A stretch of 64,000 nt of DNA from Bacillales bacterium UBA1624 (GTDB taxonomy: Bacteria; Bacillota_I; Bacilli_A; RFN20; CAG-826): positions 19,598 through 83,597 of the forward strand of contig DCMK01000077.1 in the NCBI GenBank assembly GCA_002321395.1, given 5' to 3'. This document shows, piece by piece, positions 8,666 to 17,546 of this stretch (position 1 is its first letter; the number at the start of each line of letters is the position of its first letter). The position numbers and the translations under genes are program-made. A model generated the notes under the pieces. The model made no database searches and was not told the DNA's origin. It saw only the letters and a program-made list of their open reading frames with translations.

Positions 8666-10228
8666 ATGGAACCGTTGACTCTCACCTTCCTCATCTTAGC
8701 CATCGTCGGATGGCTGGCGGCCATCGCCCTCGCCATTTTCTTCCTTGTCAACAAAAGCAAGGAAAAGGCGGCGTCGCGCAACGCGGACGAAATTCTGCGC
8801 GACGCCAAAATCAAAGCGGAGCACTTGACGAAGAACGCCGAAATCGACGCGAAGCAAATCGCCTTCGAGGCCAAGCAAAAAGCCGATAACGAAATCAGGA
8901 TCCGCAAAGGCGAGCTCGCTTCCGAAGAGCAGAAGCTCGATCTTCGCGAGCAATCCATCGACGCCAGGGACGCCGCTTTGATCCAAAAAGAGAATTCCTT
9001 GGACGCCAAAAAGGAACAGCTCGAGCGTGAGATCGAAGCCAATAAGAAAAAAGGCGAGGAACTTGACTCCAAAATCAATGACATCCTCACCGAACTGCAG
9101 AAAGTCGCGGGGATGTCCGTGAAAGAAGCCCACGATGAAATCATGGCCCGCGTGGAAAGCAAGATGGCCAGCGAAATCGCCGCTTACATCAAAAACAAAG
9201 AGGATGAGGCCAAGGCCACCGTCGAGGCGAAGGCCACCAATCTCCTCTCCATGGCCGTTCAGAAGTACGCCCAAGACGTCGCCACCGAAAGGACCGTCTC
9301 CGTCGTCTCCCTCCCCAGCGATGAGATGAAGGGGAGGATCATCGGCCGCGAGGGAAGGAACATCAAGGTCTTGGAGCAGCAGCTTGGCGTGGACTTGGTC
9401 ATCGACGATACGCCCGAAGTCATCACCGTTTCCTGCTTCGACCCCATCCGCCGCGAAATCGCCAGAAGGTCCTTGGAATACCTGGTCAAAGACGGGCGCA
9501 TCCAGCCGGGCCGCATCGAAGACGTCGTCGCCAAATGCAAACGCGAAGTCGCCGATTCGACTCAGAAGTACGGCCAAGAAGCTTGCTACAAGCTGGGTCT
9601 TAACAACATCAACCGCGAATTGATGTCCTACATCGGCAGGCTTCATTACCGGACTTCCTATGGGCAGAACGTCCTTCAGCACTCCATGGAAGTCGCCTAC
9701 TTCGCCGGCATCATGGCCGGGGAGCTTGGATTGGACGTCAGCTTGGCCCGCCGCGCCGGGCTGCTCCACGACATCGGCAAAGCCGTTGACTTCGAAGTCG
9801 AGGGAAAGCACACCGATCTCGGAGCCCAACTCGCTAAGAAATACGGCGAAGGCGACGTCGTCATCAACGCCATCGCCAGCCATCATGGGGACGTGGAAGC
9901 TCGCTACGTCATCTCCTATTTGGTCGCCGCGGGCGACACTCTCTCCGCCGCTAGGCCGGGCGCACGGTCCGAAACCGTGGAAACCTACATCAAGAGGATT
10001 GAGCAGCTTGAGACGATCGGCAAATCCTTCGAAGGCGTCCAGCAAGCTTACGCGTTGCAGGCGGGCAGGGAAATCCGCGTTATGGTCATCCCCGATAAAA
10101 TCTCCGATTCGGAAGCCGTCGTCATGGCTCAGCAGATGAAAGATAAGATCGAAAAGGAAATGACCTATCCGGGCGAAATCAAGGTATCCGTCATCCGCGA
10201 ATACCGCGCGATCGAAACCGCGAAATAA
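8666..10228 (+). CDS. rny: Ribonuclease Y
   Basis: N-terminal TM helix, a coiled-coil, a KH domain (GRIIGREGRNIK) and an HD domain (LLHDIGK...HH); AGGAG lies 8 nt upstream of the ATG. Confidence 0.93.
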   Translation: MEPLTLTFLILAIVGWLAAIALAIFFLVNKSKEKAASRNADEILRDAKIKAEHLTKNAEIDAKQIAFEAKQKADNEIRIRKGELASEEQKLDLREQSIDARDAALIQKENSLDAKKEQLEREIEANKKKGEELDSKINDILTELQKVAGMSVKEAHDEIMARVESKMASEIAAYIKNKEDEAKATVEAKATNLLSMAVQKYAQDVATERTVSVVSLPSDEMKGRIIGREGRNIKVLEQQLGVDLVIDDTPEVITVSCFDPIRREIARRSLEYLVKDGRIQPGRIEDVVAKCKREVADSTQKYGQEACYKLGLNNINRELMSYIGRLHYRTSYGQNVLQHSMEVAYFAGIMAGELGLDVSLARRAGLLHDIGKAVDFEVEGKHTDLGAQLAKKYGEGDVVINAIASHHGDVEARYVISYLVAAGDTLSAARPGARSETVETYIKRIEQLETIGKSFEGVQQAYALQAGREIRVMVIPDKISDSEAVVMAQQMKDKIEKEMTYPGEIKVSVIREYRAIETAK

Positions 10229-10229
10229 A

Positions 10230-11039
10230 ATGAGGATTCTCTTCTTCGGCGATATCGTCGGGAGCCTCGGCTTGGCCGGGGTTTCCGACCTTTTGCCTTT
10301 TTTAAGGAAAAAATACGCACCCGATTTTGTCATCGCCAACGGGGAAAACATCACCAAAGGAAAAGGGCTTTCCTATAAGGATTATTCCTCTTTGATCAAG
10401 TCGGGCGTCGACTGTGTGACCCTTGGGAACCATTGGCATTCCAAGGATCAGATCGATCATTACCTTTCCTACGCCGACCGCCTTGTTCGGCCTTATAACC
10501 TGATTGGTTACGACAAGGGTTTCGGAAGCATGGTCTTCAAGACCGAGGAGGGAAGCCTGCGCGTGAGCAATTTCCTGGGGCAGGCCTTCATGAACGAAGA
10601 GGTTACCCCTCCGTTTGAGGCGATGAATTCCCTTTTGAGAAAAGAGGAGCCATCGACTTTCCACTTCGTCGACTTCCACGCGGAGTCGACTTCCGAAAAG
10701 CAAACCTTCGCTTATGGCTTCGACGGCGAGGTGAGCGCTGTAGTCGGCACCCATACCCACGTCCAAACCAACGATGCCCATGTCTTGCCTTTGGGGACGG
10801 GTTTCATCAGTGATGCGGGGATGTGCGGGGGGTTCGATACCGTCATCGGCGCCGAAAGGGAATCGGCGATCGACCGCTTTCTCCTTCTTGATCCTTCTGC
10901 CCGGCTCCGCTTCCCTGAGGATGGGGACCGGCAGATCAACGCCGTTGTTTTGGATTTAAACCCTCTTAATGGATCATGCGAAGGCATCTACCCCTTGTTC
11001 TACGTTAACGGAAAGGAAAAAACCTATGGCAAGAACTGA
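10230..11039 (+). CDS. ymdB: 2',3'-cyclic-nucleotide phosphodiesterase YmdB (metallophosphoesterase)
   Basis: MRILFFGDIVG...IANGENITKGKG...GNHW; sits downstream of rny as in Bacillus. Confidence 0.85.
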   Translation: MRILFFGDIVGSLGLAGVSDLLPFLRKKYAPDFVIANGENITKGKGLSYKDYSSLIKSGVDCVTLGNHWHSKDQIDHYLSYADRLVRPYNLIGYDKGFGSMVFKTEEGSLRVSNFLGQAFMNEEVTPPFEAMNSLLRKEEPSTFHFVDFHAESTSEKQTFAYGFDGEVSAVVGTHTHVQTNDAHVLPLGTGFISDAGMCGGFDTVIGAERESAIDRFLLLDPSARLRFPEDGDRQINAVVLDLNPLNGSCEGIYPLFYVNGKEKTYGKN

Positions 11040-12777
11040 TTATCTTTCTCTCCCGGACATGAAGAAAGCGCGTAGCCGCGTGAAGAAGGCGGAAATCGTT
11101 TCGGCTTCTTTGGAAGTCCCTCCTGTCGTGAAGGCCTATGGCAAAGGGAGAAAGTACTTCATCAAAACCTTTGGATGCCAAGGGAATGTTCGCGATGAGG
11201 AAGTCTTAGGTGGCTTTTTGGAATTGGCGGGAATGAGCCGGACGGAAGACGAACAAGAGGCCGACCTCGTTTTGATCAACACCTGCGCGGTTAGGGAAAA
11301 CGCGGAGGAGAAAGTCTATGGGGAAATCGGCAAATTCAAAGCCAAGCATTACGCCGATCCGGATCATTTCATCCTCGGCGTTTGCGGATGCATGATGCAG
11401 CAGGAAGGCGTGGCAGAGAAAATCATGCATTCCTACCCCTATGTGAATTTGATTTTCGGCACTCACAACATTCCTAACATCCTCAAGCTCATCGAGGGGC
11501 ATTTGAAGCGGAAAAAGGATTTGGTCCAAATCATCTCGGGGGAGGGGGATGTTTTCGAAAACCTGCCATCCACGCGCCTCGACAACGTGAAAGCCTTCGT
11601 CAATATCTCCTATGGCTGCGACAAATTCTGCACTTACTGCATCGTCCCTTATACGCGAGGAAGAGAAAGGTCGCGCCCTTTGAAGGACATTGTGGCGGAG
11701 TGCCAAGAACTGGTCGAAGAAGGGTTTCAGGAAATCACCCTTTTGGGAGAGAACGTAAACAGCTACGGCAAGGATTTCCACGATGGGACCAACTTCGCGA
11801 CCTGCTTGAAGCAAGTCGCCGAGACCGGAATCCCCCGCCTCCGCTTCATGACGAGCCATCCTTGGGACTTCTCTTCCGACATGCTTGATGTCATCGCCGC
11901 TTACCCCAACATCATGAAATGCATCCATTTGCCCCTTCAGTCCGGGAACAGCGAAATCCTAGCGAAGATGGGCCGGCGTTATACGCGCGAAGGATATTTG
12001 GCCCTGGTCAAAGAAATCCGTGAGAAGATCCCCGGATGCGCGATCACCACGGACATCATCGTCGGCTTCCCCAACGAAACGGAGGAGCAATTCGAAGATA
12101 CGCTCACCCTCTGCCAAGAGGTTCGGTACGATGCCGCATTCACGTTCTTATATTCCCCAAGGAAAGGAACTCCGGCCGCCGCGATGGTGGACGATGTCCC
12201 GGCAGAGGCGAAGCACGAACGCTTCAACCGCCTTTTGAAGGTCATTGAAGAAGGGGTGATGTCCCATTCTTCCCAAATGGTCGGGAAAGTCTACGACGTT
12301 TTGGTCGATGGCCCTTCCAAGAAAGATCCTTCGATGCTTTCGGGCTACACGGAATCGAATAAGCTCATCAATTTCAAAGGGCCCGCATCCTTGAAGGGAC
12401 TCATCGTCCCGGTGAAGGTGATTGAGGACCGCGCTTTCTCCATGATCGGAGAATTGCAGGAAGACCCCCTCATCCTTCTTTGCCGCAAGCTTTCTTCTAC
12501 CCTGCGGAAAGAAGAGGAAGTCATCGCCTTCTTCCAAGCGAGGAAAGCCTTCCTGGAAGATGCTTCCCTCCTAGAGCTTCGCTCGAAAATGGAAGACGCC
12601 CAAAAGAGGATGATGAGCTGCGCCGGCGCGGGGAAGGACGAGGAATACCAAAAAGCCAAGAAGGATTATTCCTCTTTCAAAGAAGAATACGATTCCCATC
12701 CGGTGACGGAGAATTACCGTTCCGCCCAAGAAGACGTTTTGCCTTTGCTTAAGAAAATCGGGGCGTTTTTGCAATGA
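11026..12777 (+). CDS. miaB: tRNA-2-methylthio-N6-dimethylallyladenosine synthase MiaB with a C-terminal YmcA/RicA-like extension
   Basis: MTTase N domain (FGCQGNVRDEE), radical-SAM CDKFCTYC, and a TRAM domain, followed by about 100 extra residues ending HPVTENYRSAQEDVLPLLKKIGAFL, which resembles the YmcA C-terminus. Confidence 0.85.
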   Translation: MARTDYLSLPDMKKARSRVKKAEIVSASLEVPPVVKAYGKGRKYFIKTFGCQGNVRDEEVLGGFLELAGMSRTEDEQEADLVLINTCAVRENAEEKVYGEIGKFKAKHYADPDHFILGVCGCMMQQEGVAEKIMHSYPYVNLIFGTHNIPNILKLIEGHLKRKKDLVQIISGEGDVFENLPSTRLDNVKAFVNISYGCDKFCTYCIVPYTRGRERSRPLKDIVAECQELVEEGFQEITLLGENVNSYGKDFHDGTNFATCLKQVAETGIPRLRFMTSHPWDFSSDMLDVIAAYPNIMKCIHLPLQSGNSEILAKMGRRYTREGYLALVKEIREKIPGCAITTDIIVGFPNETEEQFEDTLTLCQEVRYDAAFTFLYSPRKGTPAAAMVDDVPAEAKHERFNRLLKVIEEGVMSHSSQMVGKVYDVLVDGPSKKDPSMLSGYTESNKLINFKGPASLKGLIVPVKVIEDRAFSMIGELQEDPLILLCRKLSSTLRKEEEVIAFFQARKAFLEDASLLELRSKMEDAQKRMMSCAGAGKDEEYQKAKKDYSSFKEEYDSHPVTENYRSAQEDVLPLLKKIGAFLQ

Positions 12778-13682
12778 TTTTGGTTCTTACCGGTCCTACT
12801 GGTAGCGGCAAAAGCAAATTGGCCGTCTCTTTGGCTAAAAAAATGAATGGCGCGGTCGTCAACGCGGACGCCTATCAAGTTTACCAAGGGCTGAATATCG
12901 CCACGGCAAAGCCGAGCGAATCCATGCGCCTAGAAGTCCCTCATTACCTTTTCGATTTCGTGCCTCTGTCTTCTGATTACAACGTCGTGGAATACCAAGC
13001 CGATCTGCGCGGTGAGATCTCTGAGCTTGAGGGCGCTGGGAAGACGATCATCATCGCCGGGGGGACCGGGCTCTACCTCAAAGCGGGGCTTTACGATTAC
13101 GAATTCCCCGAAGAAAGGCAGATCGACCTTTCCTCTTACGAAACGCTCGATAACAAATCCCTTTACCAAAAGGCGCTGGAACTCGATGAAGCATCCGCTA
13201 AAGAAATCCATCCCAACAACCGTCGCAGGGTCCTCCGCCTGATCCAATATTGTTTGGCCACCGGATCGAAACGGTCATCCGTCAACGCTTGCCAAACCCA
13301 TAAGCCCCTTTATGACGTTCGCTTTTATGGCCTTGAAGTGGAAAGGGAACGGCTTTACCCGCTCGTTGAGGAAAGGGTCGAAGAAATGTTCGCGTCGGGC
13401 ATCGAAGAGGAGAACCGGACGCTGGTCGATCGCTACGGCCGCTCTTGCCACGCCTTCCAAGCGATTGGGGTGAAGGAATTCTTCCCTTATTGGGACGGTC
13501 AGGCCAATTTAGAGGAAACCAAAGAGCTCATCAAGAAAAACACTCGCCATTACGTTAAAAAGCAAATGACCTGGTTCCGCCACCAGTTCCCCATTCGCTG
13601 GATCAAAGGGGAGGAGGATTTGCTTGCGGATTTAATATCGCAGGACGGCCTTCTTTCCTCGCCGAAGAACAAGGATAATTAA
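12774..13682 (+). CDS. miaA: tRNA dimethylallyltransferase
   Basis: LTGPTGSGKSKLAV P-loop and ADAYQVYQGLNIATAKP. Confidence 0.92.
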   Translation: MILVLTGPTGSGKSKLAVSLAKKMNGAVVNADAYQVYQGLNIATAKPSESMRLEVPHYLFDFVPLSSDYNVVEYQADLRGEISELEGAGKTIIIAGGTGLYLKAGLYDYEFPEERQIDLSSYETLDNKSLYQKALELDEASAKEIHPNNRRRVLRLIQYCLATGSKRSSVNACQTHKPLYDVRFYGLEVERERLYPLVEERVEEMFASGIEEENRTLVDRYGRSCHAFQAIGVKEFFPYWDGQANLEETKELIKKNTRHYVKKQMTWFRHQFPIRWIKGEEDLLADLISQDGLLSSPKNKDN

Positions 13683-13700
13683 GCAAACGAGGAAGCCTCT

Positions 13701-15317
13701 ATGTCTCTGATTAAAATCGAAGAAATTGCCAAAAAAGCCGGGATTCCCTTGGATGATTTGGAACCCTACGGGAAATACAAAGCCAAAATCGATCCCGAAT
13801 GCTATCAGTCTTTGGCAGAGAAGAAAGACGGGAAGCTTGTGTTAGTGACCGCTATCACCCCAACGAAGGCGGGCGAGGGCAAAACAACGATGTCCATCGC
13901 TTTGGCGGAGGGGTTCGGACGCATTGGGCAAAAGGCGATGCTTTGCCTCCGGGAGCCTTCTTTGGGCCCGGTCTTCGGCCTTAAAGGCGGCGCAACGGGC
14001 GGTGGCAAAGCCTCCATTGGGCCAAGCGAAGACATCAATCTTCACTTCACCGGAGACATGCATGCCTTGACTTCGTCCATCAATCTCATCTCGGCCGTGA
14101 TCGACAATTCCATTTATCAAGGGAATCCTTTGAATATCGATCCGAATCGCATTGTTTGGAACCGCGCGATGGACATGAACGATCGAGCCTTACGGACGAT
14201 TTCCGTTTCCGAAGGTGACCCGAAAGCCACTCCTCGGCAAGATCATTTCATCATTACCGTCGCTAGCGAGCTGATGGCAATCCTTTGCCTTGCCCGTAGC
14301 GCGGATGATTTCTATTCCCGAATCCAAAAAGTCATTGTCGCCTATGGCAAAGAAGGGAATCCGATCACCATAAAAGACCTCCGGATCACCCATGCGATCA
14401 TGAAGCTGATGAAAGAGGCTTTGAAGCCGAATTTGGTCCAAACGGTCGAGAACAATCCCGTATTGGTCCACGGCGGCCCTTTCGCCAACATCGCCCATGG
14501 ATGCAATTCGATTCTCGCCACCCAACTCGCTTTGAAGCTGGCCCCGATCACGATTACGGAAGCGGGCTTTGGCGCGGATTTGGGCGCGGAGAAATTTTTG
14601 GACATCAAATGTCGCGAAGGTTCCTTCCATCCGGATTGCGTCGTCATGGTCGCGAGCATCCGTGCGCTCAAGCTCCATGGCGGGCAGGTCTATGAAGACT
14701 TGGGGAAGCCTGACGTCTCCGCTTTGAAAAGAGGCGTCTGCAATTTGGAAGCCCACCTCGATAACATGGCTAAATTCGGCCTCCCCGTCGTGGTGGCCAT
14801 CAACCATTTCTCTCAGGACTCGGAAGAAGAGGTTTCCTTTTTGGAGACGTGGTGCCGCGAAAATGGGTATTCCGCTTCCTTCGTCGATGCTTACGAAAAA
14901 GGCGGGGAGGGGGCGGTGGACCTCGCGGAAAAAGTCCTTGCCACTCTAAAAACCAAGCTGTCAAATTTCCATCCCCTATATGACTTGAAAATGCCTTTGA
15001 AAGAAAAAATAGAAAAGATTAGCAAAGAAATCTATCATGCTGGTGAGGTCCGTTATTCTCCGCAGGCGGAATCCCAACTTCGCGAATACGAATCGATGGG
15101 GTTCGGGGACGCCTATATTTGCATGGCCAAAACGCCCGCCAGCTTTTCCGACGACCCCTCGCTGCTAGGCGCTCCGACGGGGTTCCCGATTTCCATCCGC
15201 GAAGTTCGCCTTGCCGCAGGCAGCAATTTCGTGATCCCTTTGACGGGGAAAATCCTCACGATGCCCGGCCTCCCGAAGGTTCCTGCCGCCGTGAAAATGG
15301 AGGATGAACCGTGGTGA
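13701..15317 (+). CDS. fhs: Formate--tetrahydrofolate ligase
   Basis: TPTKAGEGKTT...GLKGGATGGG...PASFSDD are Fhs signatures; 538 aa. Confidence 0.95.
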   Translation: MSLIKIEEIAKKAGIPLDDLEPYGKYKAKIDPECYQSLAEKKDGKLVLVTAITPTKAGEGKTTMSIALAEGFGRIGQKAMLCLREPSLGPVFGLKGGATGGGKASIGPSEDINLHFTGDMHALTSSINLISAVIDNSIYQGNPLNIDPNRIVWNRAMDMNDRALRTISVSEGDPKATPRQDHFIITVASELMAILCLARSADDFYSRIQKVIVAYGKEGNPITIKDLRITHAIMKLMKEALKPNLVQTVENNPVLVHGGPFANIAHGCNSILATQLALKLAPITITEAGFGADLGAEKFLDIKCREGSFHPDCVVMVASIRALKLHGGQVYEDLGKPDVSALKRGVCNLEAHLDNMAKFGLPVVVAINHFSQDSEEEVSFLETWCRENGYSASFVDAYEKGGEGAVDLAEKVLATLKTKLSNFHPLYDLKMPLKEKIEKISKEIYHAGEVRYSPQAESQLREYESMGFGDAYICMAKTPASFSDDPSLLGAPTGFPISIREVRLAAGSNFVIPLTGKILTMPGLPKVPAAVKMEDEPW

Positions 15318-15520
15318 TTCTAAATCCTTCCCTTTACGATGAAGTCGAAATGAAAAAATGCCACCCCTGCTTCTCCCACTGCAAGAGGTTCCAAATCCTT
15401 CGCTTGGGCGCGGACATCAAAATGAAATGTCTGGGATGCGGGAAAGTTCTTTTGGTGGACCGCGATCAATTCAACAAACGCCTTAAGAAAATCGTTTGTT
15501 CCCATACGGGAGAGCTATAA
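15311..15520 (+). CDS. Small zinc-ribbon protein (CxxC...CxxC)
   Basis: 69 aa; GTG start 8 nt after GGAGGA, overlapping the fhs stop; CHPCFSHC and CLGCGK cysteine pairs. Confidence 0.4.
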   Translation: MVILNPSLYDEVEMKKCHPCFSHCKRFQILRLGADIKMKCLGCGKVLLVDRDQFNKRLKKIVCSHTGEL

Positions 15521-15570
15521 AAATCCTCCCATTTGCCATTTTTCCCTTTAAGGATTAAAGGGAGGCTGAT

Positions 15571-16233
15571 GTGGGATTCTTAGATTTGCAGAACGTCGGG
15601 AAGTGTTTTAAGGACGGATCGGCGAAGAAATGGGTGTTCCGTCACCTGACCTTTTCTTTCCCGGAAAAAGGGATGGTTGGTATTTTGGGGAAATCCGGCT
15701 GCGGGAAAAGCACTTTGCTCTCCCTCCTTTCCGGTTTGTCTTCCCCGAGCGAGGGAAGAATTTCGTATTCAGGAAGAAACCTGACGTCTTTTCATGAAAA
15801 GGATTGGCTTGAATTCCGGCGAAGAGAAATCGGCTTTGTCTTCCAGCACTACAATTTGATTCCAGGCCTTTCCGTTTATCAAAATGTCTTGCTTCCTTCA
15901 ATGATAAAAGGGCCAGCCAAACAAAGGGAAAAAGTCGATTCTTTGCTTAAGAAGGTTGGGATATTGAAGAAAAAAACGCAGTGCGTTGATTCGTTATCGG
16001 GTGGGGAGAAGCAAAGGGCGGCCATTTGCCGAGCGCTGACCAATTCTCCGAAAATGCTTTTGTGCGACGAGCCTACAGGCGCTTTAGACAAGGATAATTC
16101 GCGTGGGGTCGCTCAGCTTTTAAGCTCGATATCCCAAACCCGATTGGTAATCGTCGTCACCCACGATGAGGATTTGTTCAAGCCCTTTTTGACGGAAACG
16201 TTCCGCCTGCCCTGGGAAAGGAAGGCTGATTGA
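15571..16233 (+). CDS. ABC transporter ATP-binding protein (MacB/FtsE-like)
   Basis: Walker A GKSGCGKST, signature LSGGEKQRAAI, Walker B LLCDEPTGALD; GTG start after AAAGGGAGG. Confidence 0.85.
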   Translation: MGFLDLQNVGKCFKDGSAKKWVFRHLTFSFPEKGMVGILGKSGCGKSTLLSLLSGLSSPSEGRISYSGRNLTSFHEKDWLEFRRREIGFVFQHYNLIPGLSVYQNVLLPSMIKGPAKQREKVDSLLKKVGILKKKTQCVDSLSGGEKQRAAICRALTNSPKMLLCDEPTGALDKDNSRGVAQLLSSISQTRLVIVVTHDEDLFKPFLTETFRLPWERKAD

Positions 16234-17546
16234 TGGCGAAGCATTCCCTTTTTTCTTTCTTCTTGCTCCGCAATTTGCGTCAAGACCTTGGGAAGAATCT
16301 CCTTTGCCTGACGTCTTCTTTCATCGGCGTTTCTTCCCTTTTGCTCTCGCTAGGATACTTTTTGGGTTATCAAGGCGCTTTGAGCAATCAGGTGGAGCAA
16401 TCTCCGGAATATGGGGTCTTCCAAGTTCAGGAAAAAAGGAAAGTCTCCTTGAGCAATTCCCCCTTAAAGCTCGTTGAAACAAGCAGGCCGCCTTTGGATT
16501 CTTGTTTGGATTTCGATCAAGAGAACGAAATCGAATGGGGACTTAATTTCTCTTATTTCCTTCCAACAGAAACCGTTTTCTATTTAAACGGCATCCAAAA
16601 AGAGACGATCAAAATTTGCGTGATACCCTCTTTTGCCTCCTTACAAGAAAGAGGCATCCGTTTGGAATATGGACAGATTCCGGAAGAGACGGTGGATTAT
16701 TGCGTGGTCAATCATGAATTTTCCCAACAATATTTGAAAAACGAAAAAGGCGGAACGGTTTCTTTCCGCACGAGCTTTTCTTTGCCTGGCGATGAGGGCG
16801 ATACAACTTTGGATTATGAGTTTCAAATCGAAGCCGTGACGCCGGACTTTCCCTTTTTGGCTACGCCGAAGGTTTATCTTTCCTATTCCGCTCTGGCCGA
16901 TTTCTATTCTTCGACTGGCTTTGGGGATGAGCGTTCTTCAATCTACCAGATGGTGGAATCAAGCGCCGGCAATTCGCCCTTGAGTGGCTATTCTCGTTTT
17001 GCTTTTTGCACAACGGGCCGTAGCGCGAGGGTCCTTTCTTCTTATGACTCTTCCGAAGATGGCCTTTCGTTTTTCAGCGAAGTGGCGAATACCGCGAATA
17101 GTTTCTTAACGTTGTCGCAAGGTTTTTCTTCCTCCTTATCTTTGTTTTCAACGCTATCCTTGGCGGGGGTTTGCTTGATTTTGATCATGACGAACTGTTC
17201 CAACTTCGTTTTGCGGAAGAAGGAGACGGCGATTCTTTATTGCTTGGGCGTAAGCCAAAGAACCGTTCGCCAATTGTATTTTTTGGAATCCTTGACCATT
17301 TGTTTGTCCGCCGTTTTCTTAAGTTTGGTTTTTGCCCCTTTGCTCCAATGGGGCGCAAACCGCCTTTTCCAATCGGAATTCGGCCTTTCCGATTTGGTGT
17401 CCATCCCGACTTCATCGATGTTTGGATGCCCTTTCTTGCTGGAGACGCTTTTGCTTTTCTTCTCTTTGCTCGTCGCTTTTCTGTCGGTGCTCCCCCTAAA
17501 GAGAGCGAAAGCAAATAGCCTAAACGAGGAACTCCGCGATGAATGA
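16230..17546 (+). CDS. ABC transporter permease, FtsX/MacB-type
   Basis: N-terminal TM, an extracytoplasmic domain of about 230 aa, and three C-terminal TM helices with an FtsX-like motif; 4-nt overlap with the ATPase gene. Confidence 0.75.
   Translation: MMAKHSLFSFFLLRNLRQDLGKNLLCLTSSFIGVSSLLLSLGYFLGYQGALSNQVEQSPEYGVFQVQEKRKVSLSNSPLKLVETSRPPLDSCLDFDQENEIEWGLNFSYFLPTETVFYLNGIQKETIKICVIPSFASLQERGIRLEYGQIPEETVDYCVVNHEFSQQYLKNEKGGTVSFRTSFSLPGDEGDTTLDYEFQIEAVTPDFPFLATPKVYLSYSALADFYSSTGFGDERSSIYQMVESSAGNSPLSGYSRFAFCTTGRSARVLSSYDSSEDGLSFFSEVANTANSFLTLSQGFSSSLSLFSTLSLAGVCLILIMTNCSNFVLRKKETAILYCLGVSQRTVRQLYFLESLTICLSAVFLSLVFAPLLQWGANRLFQSEFGLSDLVSIPTSSMFGCPFLLETLLLFFSLLVAFLSVLPLKRAKANSLNEELRDE

Noticed and set aside
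8696-10357. 553-aa ORF on the minus strand
   Set aside because: It lies exactly antisense to rny. The composition is rich in G, D, V and L, typical of shadow ORFs in GC-rich DNA, and no motifs are present.
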